From an uncultured SAR86 cluster bacterium (GTDB lineage: Bacteria; Pseudomonadota; Gammaproteobacteria; Magnimaribacterales; D2472): DNA of 58,453 nucleotides. The notes below the pieces were generated by a model. It ran no database searches, had not been told where the DNA came from, and worked only from the letters and a program-made list of their open reading frames with translations. The stretch lies in contig CACDCN010000001.1 in assembly GCA_902551185.1 (NCBI GenBank), forward strand, positions 69,049 to 127,501. Direction: 5' to 3'. Of this stretch, positions 1 to 11,029 are shown one piece after another. Made by a program: the position numbers and the translations under genes. Position 1 is the stretch's first letter. Each line of letters begins with the position of its first letter.

Positions 1-714
1 TAGGTATTGCATTGGGGCAGGATCTGCAGCTGTAGCTGAAACAACAATTGTATGCTCCATCGCTCCATGTTCTTCTAATTTTTTAACAACGTTTGCTACT
101 GTGGATTGCTTCTGACCAATGGCAACATAAATACATTTAATACCTGTTCCTTTTTGATTAATAATTGCATCGATTGCGACAGCTGTTTTACCGGTTTGCC
201 TGTCTCCAATTATGAGCTCCCTTTGACCCCTACCAATTGGGACCATAGCATCAACAGCTTTAAGGCCAATTTGAACAGGCTGATCAACAGACTGACGAGC
301 AATAACACCTGGAGCGACAACCTCAACTGGTGCTGCGCTCTCTGCTTGTATTTCACCCTTGCCATCAATAGGCGTACCAAGGGTATTTACAACCCTTCCT
401 AATAAAGCCTCTCCAACAGGAACCTCTAACACCTTTCCAGTACAAACAGCTTTTTGTCCTTCAACAATTTCAAGATAATCTCCAAGAACAACTGCTCCTA
501 CAGAGTCTTGTTCGAGATTAAGGGCCATGCCCTTTGTACCATTTTCAAATTCTATAACCTCACCATACATAACATCTCCCATGCCGTGTATTCTTACAAT
601 ACCGTCTGAGACGCTCACTACGATACCTTCGTTTTTTCTTTCTGCAGAAAGATCAAGGCCAGCAATTTTCTCTTTTAAAACGCTGGAAATTTCTGATGGA
701 TTTAATTGACTCAT
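1..714 (-). CDS. atpA: F1 ATP synthase subunit alpha (partial, runs off window start)
   Basis: Manual translation from ATG at 714: [17 protein letters not shown]...DGIVRIHG...[19 protein letters not shown] (Walker A). Follows atpH. Absent from the ORF track because it is truncated. Confidence 0.97.
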   Translation of the reverse strand, partial: MSQLNPSEISSVLKEKIAGLDLSAERKNEGIVVSVSDGIVRIHGMGDVMYGEVIEFENGTKGMALNLEQDSVGAVVLGDYLEIVEGQKAVCTGKVLEVPVGEALLGRVVNTLGTPIDGKGEIQAESAAPVEVVAPGVIARQSVDQPVQIGLKAVDAMVPIGRGQRELIIGDRQTGKTAVAIDAIINQKGTGIKCIYVAIGQKQSTVANVVKKLEEHGAMEHTIVVSATAADPAPMQYL

Positions 715-723
715 TTTTTCACC

Positions 724-1260
724 TTAAAAATTTAATTGGTTTACAAGTTTGTTAACCTTTCCTCTTATTGAAAGGTCAAGTGTTTCATCTCCTATCTTGA
801 TTGATAGGCCACCCATCATTGCTGGGTCTTTTGAAAAAAATATGTTGGCATCTTTGCCATATTTAGATTTTAATTTTTGTTCTATATCATCTTTTGCTTC
901 ATTGCCTGGATCAACGGCAACAAAAACCTCAATTGAATTTTGTCCCTTATGACTCTCCAACAAATCTTTATAAATAAGATATATAGTCTCAAGCAAATTT
1001 AAGCGTTTGTTTTCTGCTAATATCTCAAGTAGTTTTTTAGACGTATCAGAAACGCTTTCTTCAAATAGCTTAACTAAAATATCTACAACCTCTTGTCTTG
1101 AAAGAACAGGGTTCTCTATTGTATTAATAACACCTTCATTTCCTGACGCAGTAGCCATTATTTTTAGCTCTTCTGCCATTTCTTCTAAACCATTAGAATC
1201 CTTTGCTGATGCAAATAAAGCTTTCGCATATGGTCTAGCTAAAGGGGTTAATTCAATCAT
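724..1260 (-). CDS. atpH: ATP synthase subunit delta
   Basis: ARPYAKALF, LAENKRL and GGLSIKIGDETLDLSIRGK motifs; operon position. Confidence 0.95.
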   Translation of the reverse strand: MIELTPLARPYAKALFASAKDSNGLEEMAEELKIMATASGNEGVINTIENPVLSRQEVVDILVKLFEESVSDTSKKLLEILAENKRLNLLETIYLIYKDLLESHKGQNSIEVFVAVDPGNEAKDDIEQKLKSKYGKDANIFFSKDPAMMGGLSIKIGDETLDLSIRGKVNKLVNQLNF

Positions 1261-1263
1261 TAT

Positions 1264-1734
1264 TTATAATTCCTCTGCTGCTTTTTTAAGAATATCTTCA
1301 TGTTTTTCTTTAGAAATTTCATCACCAAGAATTTTTTGAGTGGTATCAATAATAATGTCAGACATTTGTTGTCTTAGTTCTTCTTTGGCTTTGTTTGTTT
1401 CATTCTCTATAGAGGTTGATGCCGACACCATTATTTTTTCTGCTTCCGCCTCTGCCTTTAAAGATGCATCACTTACAATTTGAGACGCCCTGGTATTTGC
1501 CTTCTCTAAAATATCCGCCGCCTCTGCCTTTGCTTGATTTAATTCTTTATCAAATGCAAGCTTTGCCTCCTCTAAAGAGTCATCTGCTTTTTTCGCCGCC
1601 TCTAAGCCATCAGATATTCTTTTTTCTCTTTCTTGCATGACTGAAAGTATTGGTGGATAAATGTATCTCCAACAAATAGCAACAAAAACAATCATTACAA
1701 CTGCTTGAGCAAGTAGGGTTGCGTTTATGTTCAT
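1264..1734 (-). CDS. atpF: ATP synthase subunit b
   Basis: MNINATL N-terminal TM helix, then a charged coiled coil; 156 aa. Confidence 0.95.
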   Translation of the reverse strand: MNINATLLAQAVVMIVFVAICWRYIYPPILSVMQEREKRISDGLEAAKKADDSLEEAKLAFDKELNQAKAEAADILEKANTRASQIVSDASLKAEAEAEKIMVSASTSIENETNKAKEELRQQMSDIIIDTTQKILGDEISKEKHEDILKKAAEEL

Positions 1735-1749
1735 ATCTTCTTATCTGCT

Positions 1750-1980
<231 letters not shown>

Positions 1981-1994
1981 CTATAATTTGAGGA

Positions 1995-3229
<1,235 letters not shown>

Positions 3230-3304
3230 AAGATTAAATATTTTATTAATTTTTTCTTGCGAAATTATAAAAATTTATAGTCTTTTAAACAAGCTGTTTT
3301 TGTT

Positions 3305-4144
3305 TTAATTTTTGAGTTTTGAAATAATTGTTTCTAGCTCATCTGAGCTTTTATAAAAAATATTTAATTTGCCACTTTTTTTATTTCTTGCTTCTATCTC
3401 AACCTTATGACCAAAAGATTCAGACATCTCTCGCTCAATAATCAAAACATCGCTATCTTTGTGTTTTTTTGAGGTGTTTTTTAGGCCTTTTTTAGAGCCT
3501 GATAGTTTGCTTAGGTCTTTTACACTTAGTTTATTTTTTATAATATTTTCTGCAGCCGCCTCTGCCTCTTTGGGGTTAAGTGATGCAAGGAGTTTTGCAT
3601 GCCCTTTTTCTATTTGACCAGCAGAAAGCATGTCTAAAACCTTTGGGGGCAAAGATAATAACCTTAATGAGTTGGCAATTGTGCTTCTAGCCTTGCCTGT
3701 AGATGTTGCAACCTCGTCCTGGGTTAAACCAAACTCCCTTTTTAATCTATCCAACCCCCTTGCTTCTTCAACTGGATTTAAGTCCTCTCTTTGAAGGTTT
3801 TCTATTAGCGCTGATATTAAAGCATCTTGATCTTGTTTTTGGTCTATTAAACACGGAATGGTTTTTAGTTTTGCCATTTGCGAAGCCCTAAGCCTTCTTT
3901 CACCAGCAATTACCTCATACTCATTGAGGCCTAGCTCCCTTACCAAAATTGGTGAAAGGACCCCTTGTTTTTTTATAGACGCTGTTAGCTCTTCTAGTTT
4001 TTCTTTGTCGAAGTTTGTTCTTGGTTGAAATCTACCTGGTTTTATTTTTTCCAACCCCACCTCTTTAACAGACCTTTGGTTTTGGTTAGACTCTCCGAGC
4101 AAAGCATCAAGACCCTTATTAAGCGTTTTTTTGTTTTCAGACAT
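3305..4144 (-). CDS. parB: Chromosome partitioning protein ParB
   Basis: LNKGLDALLG, QPRTNF, AGERRLRA, ALIENLQREDL, HTH with GKARSTIANSLRLL. Confidence 0.97.
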   Translation of the reverse strand: MSENKKTLNKGLDALLGESNQNQRSVKEVGLEKIKPGRFQPRTNFDKEKLEELTASIKKQGVLSPILVRELGLNEYEVIAGERRLRASQMAKLKTIPCLIDQKQDQDALISALIENLQREDLNPVEEARGLDRLKREFGLTQDEVATSTGKARSTIANSLRLLSLPPKVLDMLSAGQIEKGHAKLLASLNPKEAEAAAENIIKNKLSVKDLSKLSGSKKGLKNTSKKHKDSDVLIIEREMSESFGHKVEIEARNKKSGKLNIFYKSSDELETIISKLKN

Positions 4145-4898
4145 ATTCCACCCTTCTAATAAGCTCTCCAGCTAAAGCTAAGTATGCTTTTGCCCCATAA
4201 GAGTTAGGCATATATTTTATACCAGATGTTCCATGGCTGGGCGCTTCTGCTAATTTTACATTTCTGGGTATCAAGGTATTAAAAACCAAGCTGCTGAAAT
4301 GTTTTTCTAGTTCGTGTGACACCTCTTTTGCTAAATTATTTCTCATATCAACCATTGTTCTTACAATGCCCAAAACTCTGTTTGATGACATGTTTTTGTT
4401 CGATAGGGTTTGAATTGTATTCATAAGGCCTGTGACCCCTTCAAGAGAATAGTATTCACACTGGAGTGGTATTAAGGTTCCTGATGCACAAAAAAGCCCT
4501 TCAATTGTGAGTTGGTTTAATGTTGGCGGGGTGTCCACTATTGTGTAGTCATATGAGTTTGTTATGTCTTTCAGGCTCGTGGCTAAAAAGCCTTGTTTGC
4601 TGTCGTTTCTGATTGCAACCTCTAAAGCTATAAGCTCTTCTCCCCCTGGGATAATTTTGTATTCGTCGTTTGTTTTATAGGTGCACTCTTCTATTGTTTT
4701 GTTATTAAAATAGTGGTCATAGAGAGTGTTTGCTTTTGTTTGTGAGATGCCTGCTGCTGTGGTGGCATTACCTTGTGGATCTAGGTCGATTAAAAGAACT
4801 CTTCTTTTTGTTGCGGCCAGGCTGGCTGCCAAATTAACCGCTGTGGTTGTTTTTCCAACCCCGCCCTTCTGGTTAGCGATTGCGATAACTTTGTTCAT
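4137..4898 (-). CDS. parA: Chromosome partitioning ATPase ParA/Soj
   Basis: NQKGGVGKTT deviant Walker A, DLDPQGN, PLQCEYY, IPRNVKLAEAPSHG. Confidence 0.97.
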   Translation of the reverse strand: MNKVIAIANQKGGVGKTTTAVNLAASLAATKRRVLLIDLDPQGNATTAAGISQTKANTLYDHYFNNKTIEECTYKTNDEYKIIPGGEELIALEVAIRNDSKQGFLATSLKDITNSYDYTIVDTPPTLNQLTIEGLFCASGTLIPLQCEYYSLEGVTGLMNTIQTLSNKNMSSNRVLGIVRTMVDMRNNLAKEVSHELEKHFSSLVFNTLIPRNVKLAEAPSHGTSGIKYMPNSYGAKAYLALAGELIRRVEYV

Positions 4899-5481
4899 TG
4901 TTTTTTATTATCACTATATTTCTTTCATGTTTTTTGGTGTCTTTATTAATTATTTCACATATGTATTGGTTTTTGTTTATAAGCCTTAATTCTTCTTGAA
5001 TAATTTTCTTTTTACCCTTTAAAAGGATGTGTCTGGTTTTTTGGTGGCTGTTGTTTTTTGTAAGCTTAATTATTTTTTTGGTTGAGGCGAAGGCTCTCGC
5101 GGTTATAACATCATAAACGCCCAGGCTATTGTTTTCTTTAATGGTTTGGTTAATAGTTTTGGTGTTTTTTAATGAGAGTTTTTCTACCACTGTTTTTAAA
5201 AAATAACATTTTTTAGAGCTGCTCTCTAAAAGGCTGATAGGGTTATTTGGTAACAAGATGGATAGAAGAATGCCAGGAAACCCTCCGCCAGAGCCCAGGT
5301 CTATAACGGACTCTTCCTCCTCAACCATATCAAACAAAGGGGCACAGTCAAGGATGTCTTTTTGATATACCTCTTCATGGTTTTTTCTTACAAAGATGTT
5401 GTGTGTTTGGTTAAACTCTAGGGCCAGGTTTATGAATTCATTTATTTTTTTGTTTTGGTCTTTTGTGAAAGGTTTATGCAT
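4873..5481 (-). CDS. rsmG: 16S rRNA m7G527 methyltransferase RsmG (GidB)
   Basis: DLGSGGGFPG SAM motif, ESSSKK, TARAFA; lies between mnmG and parA. Confidence 0.92.
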   Translation of the reverse strand: MHKPFTKDQNKKINEFINLALEFNQTHNIFVRKNHEEVYQKDILDCAPLFDMVEEEESVIDLGSGGGFPGILLSILLPNNPISLLESSSKKCYFLKTVVEKLSLKNTKTINQTIKENNSLGVYDVITARAFASTKKIIKLTKNNSHQKTRHILLKGKKKIIQEELRLINKNQYICEIINKDTKKHERNIVIIKNNEQSYRNR

Positions 5482-7321
5482 TTTGTTTTTGCATTTTGTT
5501 TTTTTTGAGCTGTATTAATATCAGATTTATTGCTGCGGGTGTTACGCCCTCAATGTTGGCGGCGGACCCAATGGTGTCTGGTTGGTTTGTGTTTAACTTT
5601 TCCTTTACCTCGTTTGATAGTCCGTTAATTTTTGAGTAGTTTGTGTTTTTTGGTATTTTTTTTCTGTTTTGTTTTTTTGTTTTTGTTATCTCTCTGAGTT
5701 GTTTTTGTATATACCCCTCGTATTTGGTTTCGGTGATGGTTCTTTTATAAAACCCATCGTTTTGTTTGTTTGTTGTAAAAAGTTTTGTTTTGTTTGCGTC
5801 CGTTCTATATAAAAGAGAAAAGACGCTTTTGCTTTCTGGAAGGTTGATTTTCTGGTTTTCTTTATTAATAAAGCTTTTTAATTTTTTGGTTTTTAGTTCT
5901 TTGTTTACAAAGTCCTGGTACTGCTGTTCTTTTTCGATGTATTGCTTATATCTTTTTTCTTCCACCAAACCCAGTCCAAATGCTTTTTTTAACAGTCTTT
6001 GTTCGGCGTTGTTTTGAGACAACAAAAGCCTGTGCTCTGCTCTGCTAGTAAACATTCTGTATGGCTCTGTTATGCCGTGGTTTGTTAGGTCGTTAATCAA
6101 AACCCCGATATATGCCTCGCTCCTTTCTAAAATTAGGCTCTGTTTTTTTTGTATTGCCCTACATGCATTTATCCCAGCCATCAGGCCTTGGGCTGCCGCT
6201 TCCTCATACCCGGTTGTTCCGTTTATCTGTCCAGCCAGATAAAAGTTTTTTAAAAACTTTGTTTCTAGAGAGCTTTTAAGACTCCTTGGGTCAACAAAGT
6301 CATATTCAACCGCATAGCCGTATTCCTCTATAACAGACCTCTCCAGTCCTTTGATCGAGTGTATAAAGTCTTTTTGAGCTTTATGTGGCAGGCTTGTTGA
6401 TATCCCGTTTGGGTAAACCAGGTCTTTGCTTATACCTTCTGGTTCTATAAAAATTTGGTGGCTTTTTTTGTCCTCAAATTTATTTACCTTGTCCTCGATT
6501 GATGGGCAGTATCTTGGGCCTATGCCAACTATATTGCCTGAATACATGGCTGATAAGTGGGTGTTTTTTTTAATTATGTTATGTGTTTTTTCATTGGTTC
6601 TTGTGATGTAGCAAGGTATTTGTTTTTGGTGTTTTTTTGGCCTGTTGTACAAAGACATCCATGGTGTTGGTTTTTCGCCTGGTTGTACTTCCAGTTTGGT
6701 GATGTCGATGCTTGATAGTTTTATTCTGGCAGGAGTTCCTGTTTTTAACCTTCCCATTGGTAAATCAAGGTCATAAAGTCTCTTTGATAGCGGTATGGCT
6801 GACCCATCCCCAACCCTTCCTCCTTTGGTTACACTTTCTCCGGTATACATCTTCCCGTTTAAAAATGTTCCTGTTGTTAAAATTGTTTTTTTTGCTTTTA
6901 TTGTTTGGTTTTTTGTTAAAACGCCATTAACTCGGTTGTTTTTTATTACCAAGTCAACAACCTCTTCTTCAAAAACTCTTATATTTGTTTCTTTTATTAT
7001 TTTTTGCACTGCTTTTTTGTAAAGCTCTCTATCACATTGAACGCGGAGCGCCTGTACCGCATCTCCCTTTCTTGTGTTTAGAGTTCTATATTGAATACCG
7101 GAAAGGTCTGTCGCTTGAGGCATCAACCCTCCCAACGCCTCAATCTCTCTTACGATATGAGATTTGCCCAGCCCACCAATCGCTGGGTTACAAGACATCT
7201 GACCTATTGTTTTTTGGTTGAAGGTTACAAGTGCGCAAGAAAAACCCATTCTAAAGACAGCATGCGCGGCTTCTGCGCCTGCGTGGCCTCCTCCAACAAC
7301 TATGACATCATACTTATCCAT
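5474..7321 (-). CDS. mnmG: tRNA U34 5-carboxymethylaminomethyl modification enzyme MnmG (GidA)
   Basis: GGGHAG, MSCNPAIGG, GPRYCPSIEDK, AGQINGTTGYEEAAAQG, EPYRMFTSRAE. Confidence 0.98.
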   Translation of the reverse strand: MDKYDVIVVGGGHAGAEAAHAVFRMGFSCALVTFNQKTIGQMSCNPAIGGLGKSHIVREIEALGGLMPQATDLSGIQYRTLNTRKGDAVQALRVQCDRELYKKAVQKIIKETNIRVFEEEVVDLVIKNNRVNGVLTKNQTIKAKKTILTTGTFLNGKMYTGESVTKGGRVGDGSAIPLSKRLYDLDLPMGRLKTGTPARIKLSSIDITKLEVQPGEKPTPWMSLYNRPKKHQKQIPCYITRTNEKTHNIIKKNTHLSAMYSGNIVGIGPRYCPSIEDKVNKFEDKKSHQIFIEPEGISKDLVYPNGISTSLPHKAQKDFIHSIKGLERSVIEEYGYAVEYDFVDPRSLKSSLETKFLKNFYLAGQINGTTGYEEAAAQGLMAGINACRAIQKKQSLILERSEAYIGVLINDLTNHGITEPYRMFTSRAEHRLLLSQNNAEQRLLKKAFGLGLVEEKRYKQYIEKEQQYQDFVNKELKTKKLKSFINKENQKINLPESKSVFSLLYRTDANKTKLFTTNKQNDGFYKRTITETKYEGYIQKQLREITKTKKQNRKKIPKNTNYSKINGLSNEVKEKLNTNQPDTIGSAANIEGVTPAAINLILIQLKKNKMQKQNA

Positions 7322-7559
7322 AAAATAATTAAATAATAATAATATCTATATTATATACTTTTTGTTATTTTTATTGGTTTTGTTAATTCTGTTAATAAAG
7401 CGCTAAAAACCTTTAAAAAACTAACCAAAACACATTTACAAACCAGCTAAGAACTTGTTGAACAACCAACAACAAAACACTTGATATATTGTTAGTAAAA
7501 ACAAAACTATTATTTAATACACAAAATACAAACAAACTAACCAACAACAAACAAACAGT
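7322..7559. other. Candidate replication-origin element (gidA-proximal, E. coli oriC / Pseudomonas oriCII position); centre of the strand-skew flip
   Basis: 238-bp non-coding gap with an AT-only tract next to mnmG and degenerate DnaA-box-like 9-mers: TGTTAATAA 7390-7398, TGTTAGTAA 7490-7498, TAATACACA 7515-7523. TTATCCATA 7314-7322 overlaps the mnmG start. Confidence 0.5.
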
Positions 7560-8870
7560 TTATTTACCAATACAAAAATCATTAAAAATATCACCCAAAA
7601 GGGAATCGGAGAACTTTTTCCCAACCATTTCATCAAGATGAGAACGAGCGTTTTTTAAATCTTCCGCAACAAGCTCAATAGAATCACCCCCAGACAACCC
7701 CATAAGAGATTTACTAAGATCCAAAACAACCTTCTTAAAAAGAGCCTCATGCCTATCTCTAATAATGAAATTAAAATCATCTTTTTTAGCACCCACATCA
7801 AAAGCAGAAATTATTAGGGATTTAAGAACATCAAAACCAGCACCACTTTTTGCCGAAACACAACAATCAAAACTATTATTTGGTTTATTGACATCGATCT
7901 TATTTTGGATGTTTATAAAAGGCTTATCACCGCACAAACCCTTAAAGCGATCAAATGCAGCAGGATCATAATCCTCAAAAACCATTAAAACCAAATCAGC
8001 ATCATTTATTTGAGATAGAGAGGCCGCTATACCCGCCTCCTCTATTCTATCTTTTGTGTCTCTAATACCAGCAGAATCAAAAACAGAAAAAGAAGAGGCT
8101 TCATAAAACAATTCTGAGCTAATCAAGTCTCTGGTTGTACCAGGGGTGTTAGAAACAAGAGCCCTTTCAAAACCCAACAACCTATTAAAAACAGAAGACT
8201 TACCAGAGTTAACAGGACCTATTAAAAGGATTTTGTTTTTCTCATACCCAAACTTTTTATTAACACACCCAGCGACAAAAGAATCAAACCTATTACAAAG
8301 ATTTTTTAGATCTTTAACCAGAGACTCATCAATATATTCATTGTCTTCGTCTGAGAAATCTATATCCCCCTCAACCCGAACCCTTATAGAGTCTATTTCG
8401 CCCGAAAAAGAAACCACCTTCTTAGAAAGCTCACCAAACAAAGACTTGCTCGAAAGAGCGACACCCCGCTCGTCCGTACTATCAATCAAATCAGAAACAG
8501 CCTCAGCCTCATTTAGACTTATTTTATTATTTAAAAACGCTCGTTTTGTAAATTCACCACCAGGCGCCTCATCAAAACCAACATCTTTAAAGGCACGAAC
8601 AATAGAAGACATTACCCCAAGACCGCCATGCGCATAAACCTCAAACGAGTCCTCGCCGGTGTAACTGTTGGGACCCTTAAAAACTATCAAACCAACACGG
8701 TCAACAACATTTTTTTTATAAAACAAATCATTGACATAAAAACGACCAAACCTAAAACCCTCTTTATCAAAAAGATCCCCAAGCTTTTTTAAACAACCAG
8801 AACCGCTAACTCTAAAAACACAAATAGCTGACTTAGCGGGCGGTGTCGCCAAAGCGAAAACAACAGACAT
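7560..8870 (-). CDS. mnmE: tRNA modification GTPase MnmE (TrmE)
   Basis: ALATPP, SYTGED, GEFTKRAFLN, GPVNSGKSS, PGTTRD, DSAG, NKID, C-terminal FCIGK. Confidence 0.97.
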   Translation of the reverse strand: MSVVFALATPPAKSAICVFRVSGSGCLKKLGDLFDKEGFRFGRFYVNDLFYKKNVVDRVGLIVFKGPNSYTGEDSFEVYAHGGLGVMSSIVRAFKDVGFDEAPGGEFTKRAFLNNKISLNEAEAVSDLIDSTDERGVALSSKSLFGELSKKVVSFSGEIDSIRVRVEGDIDFSDEDNEYIDESLVKDLKNLCNRFDSFVAGCVNKKFGYEKNKILLIGPVNSGKSSVFNRLLGFERALVSNTPGTTRDLISSELFYEASSFSVFDSAGIRDTKDRIEEAGIAASLSQINDADLVLMVFEDYDPAAFDRFKGLCGDKPFINIQNKIDVNKPNNSFDCCVSAKSGAGFDVLKSLIISAFDVGAKKDDFNFIIRDRHEALFKKVVLDLSKSLMGLSGGDSIELVAEDLKNARSHLDEMVGKKFSDSLLGDIFNDFCIGK

Positions 8871-8873
8871 TTT

Positions 8874-10403
8874 TTATTTGGCGCCCTCAAGAGCCCCAAG
8901 CTTTTTGTATAAATAGCTTTGTTGAGCCAGCTGTATAGCAGAGTTAACAACGGTATATAAACAAAGGGCTGCAGGAAAAAGTATAAACAAAACAGAAAAC
9001 ATAACCGGCATATATTTCATTACCTGGGCCTGGGTTTGGTCCATACCGGCTGGCTGCGGGTTGAGTTTTTGGGTTAACACCATTGTTAAACAAAACAAAG
9101 CAGGTAATACAAAATAGGGATCAGGCGCAGAAAGGTCTGACCAAAAACCCAAAGAGCTGTGCCTTAACTCCACCATCTCTCTTAATGCAAAGAAAAAACC
9201 AATAAAAAAAGGCATTTGGATTAACAAAGGAAGACACCCGCCCAAAGGGTTTGCACCGTTTTGTCTCATAAGCTTCATTGTTTCTGTGCCTTGTTTTTGT
9301 CTGTCGTCTTTATACCTTTCTTTTATTTCGTTTAGCTCAGGTGTTATTTTTCTTAATGCAGCCATCGACCTAAAACTTTTTGCTGTTACAGGCCAAAAAA
9401 CAAGCTTAATAATCACTGTAAATATTATTATTGTTAATCCCCAACTATTTAAATAACTGTTTAAAAATGCCATAAACGAAACCATGGGTTGGGCCAAAAA
9501 CCAAAACCAACCCATATCTATTGATAACTCTAAATTTTCTGCTCTTTGCATCAAATCTTTTCTAACCTTTGGGCCAACAAACAACCTGTGTTCATGGCCA
9601 AAAGCCACATTGCTGGTTGAAGAACCCTCAACCGTATAACCCATTCTATAAAGACCAGACTCTTTTGGTAAAACATAATAGTTATATATATATTCATCAG
9701 AACCCAAAAGGGCTGCAAAAAAATACTTTTGGATGAAAGCAACCCAACCTGACCTAGAAAGAACCCCAACCGGCTCATCAATAGACCTAAGCCTATAGGT
9801 CTCGTAGGGGTCAGATTCTGTGCTTATCGCAACACCCTCATATGAGCTGTTATTCATCATACCCCCACTTAGAGCATCTCTTTTTAAGTCAAGAGCCCTT
9901 CCCTCTGTTCTATAAAGACCAGCATAAGACTTTCCATTTATGCCCTTAGAAGAATAATCATATACAGAGACCTCATAAGGCGAAGGCAAAAAAGAAATGG
10001 TTTTGGTTATATCCAACACCCCATCATAAAGAGTAACAAAATCATCCCCCCTCTCAACCAAAACATACGAAGGATTAGTATTCGTAAACCCACTTTTAAA
10101 ATAATAATTAAATGCTGACTCATTGGATTGGCCAAAGACCCTAAACCCTAAAGACCCCTCAACATTCTCAACCGGGTGTTTTTTTAGCCTGGTTTCTACG
10201 ATGGCACCGGTTTTGGTTGCCACAACAACAATTAACTCTTCACTCTCAATTAAAACCAAATCATCCCCAAACAAACCGCTTTGACCAGCTGCTAGAACCA
10301 ACTGTTTTTGTATCGACGCGTTTCTTTTTTCAGAAGACCACTCATACAACAGCCCCAAAGAAAGCAAAACAATTCCAACTATATAAAAACTTCTGATATT
10401 CAT
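8874..10403 (-). CDS. yidC: Membrane protein insertase YidC
   Basis: GWVAFIQKYF, FVGPK, DMGWFW, NPLGGCLPLLIQMP, DLSAPDPYFVLP. Confidence 0.96.
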   Translation of the reverse strand: MNIRSFYIVGIVLLSLGLLYEWSSEKRNASIQKQLVLAAGQSGLFGDDLVLIESEELIVVVATKTGAIVETRLKKHPVENVEGSLGFRVFGQSNESAFNYYFKSGFTNTNPSYVLVERGDDFVTLYDGVLDITKTISFLPSPYEVSVYDYSSKGINGKSYAGLYRTEGRALDLKRDALSGGMMNNSSYEGVAISTESDPYETYRLRSIDEPVGVLSRSGWVAFIQKYFFAALLGSDEYIYNYYVLPKESGLYRMGYTVEGSSTSNVAFGHEHRLFVGPKVRKDLMQRAENLELSIDMGWFWFLAQPMVSFMAFLNSYLNSWGLTIIIFTVIIKLVFWPVTAKSFRSMAALRKITPELNEIKERYKDDRQKQGTETMKLMRQNGANPLGGCLPLLIQMPFFIGFFFALREMVELRHSSLGFWSDLSAPDPYFVLPALFCLTMVLTQKLNPQPAGMDQTQAQVMKYMPVMFSVLFILFPAALCLYTVVNSAIQLAQQSYLYKKLGALEGAK

Positions 10404-10717
10404 TGTTTTTTTAAATCACTACTAAAAGACTTTACAGCAGATTTTATCTTATTTGATGCTTCTTTATATGATAATTCACCAAAAGGCTTAAATACAGAAA
10501 AAACAACAACCCCATCATATAAATCAAACAAAGACTCAGTTCTAAAAATTTCCTTTATTTTCCTTCGAATTTTATTCCTTTCAACCGCGAGCTTATAGAA
10601 TTTTTTAGAGATTGATATTTCAATACCAGGCCCTTTTTCATTTTTATAAAAAAGCCTAAAGTGTTTGCTAGTGAACACTTGTTTTTGAGGGTTGTGTTTT
10701 TGCCCGATGCTAGACAA
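10400..10717 (-). CDS. rnpA: Ribonuclease P protein component (probable TTG start immediately after rpmH)
   Basis: RNR-like motif SISKKFYKLAVERNKIRRKIKEIFR; canonical rpmH-rnpA-yidC order. The ORF-track ATG at 10807 lies inside rpmH. Confidence 0.82.
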   Translation of the reverse strand: MSSIGQKHNPQKQVFTSKHFRLFYKNEKGPGIEISISKKFYKLAVERNKIRRKIKEIFRTESLFDLYDGVVVFSVFKPFGELSYKEASNKIKSAVKSFSSDLKKQ

Positions 10718-10718
10718 A

Positions 10719-10853
10719 TTATGCGCTAAGAACTTTTCTGCCCTTTTTTCTTCTGTTTGATAAAATAGCTCTACCTGCCTTGGTAGACATTCTTGCACGA
10801 AAACCATGTTTTCTTTTTCGTTTAAGGTTGCTCGGCTGAAACGTTCTTTTCAT
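10719..10853 (-). CDS. rpmH: 50S ribosomal protein L34
   Basis: Manual translation: [44 protein letters not shown] (44 aa, below the ORF-track cutoff). Confidence 0.98.
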   Translation of the reverse strand: MKRTFQPSNLKRKRKHGFRARMSTKAGRAILSNRRKKGRKVLSA

Positions 10854-10946
10854 AATTAATAGGTAAAAAGTGTTGCGAAATTATAGCTTAATATTTTTTT
10901 AAAGCTACAAAAAGAACAAAAAACACAACTATTTTTTATGTACAAG

Positions 10947-10955
10947 TTATCCACA
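10947..10955 (+). promoter_or_regulatory. Perfect DnaA box TTATCCACA in the rpmH-dnaA intergenic region (oriCI position / dnaA autoregulation)
   Basis: Exact consensus match; weaker 7/9 matches at 10936-10944 (TTATGTACA) and 10976-10984 (TGTAGATAT). Confidence 0.8.
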
Positions 10956-11029
10956 GAAAATTCTTATATTTATCCTGTAGATATCTTGTGAGTTTTTTAA
11001 TAGACTATAAAAACTAAAAGGAGATCATA

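Noticed and set aside
106-1640. Plus-strand ORFs 106-402, 527-709, 749-952, 1007-1339 and 1416-1640, and similar short antisense ORFs throughout the track
   Set aside because: Shadow frames opposite well-supported genes, with no recognisable motifs
7400-7559. AAC/AAAC-rich stretch as a tandem repeat, iteron set or CRISPR array
   Set aside because: No fixed unit length or spacer periodicity; explained by the compositional skew
10718-10807. N-terminal extension of rnpA from the ATG at 10807
   Set aside because: Lies within rpmH in another frame and has no RnpA-like sequence
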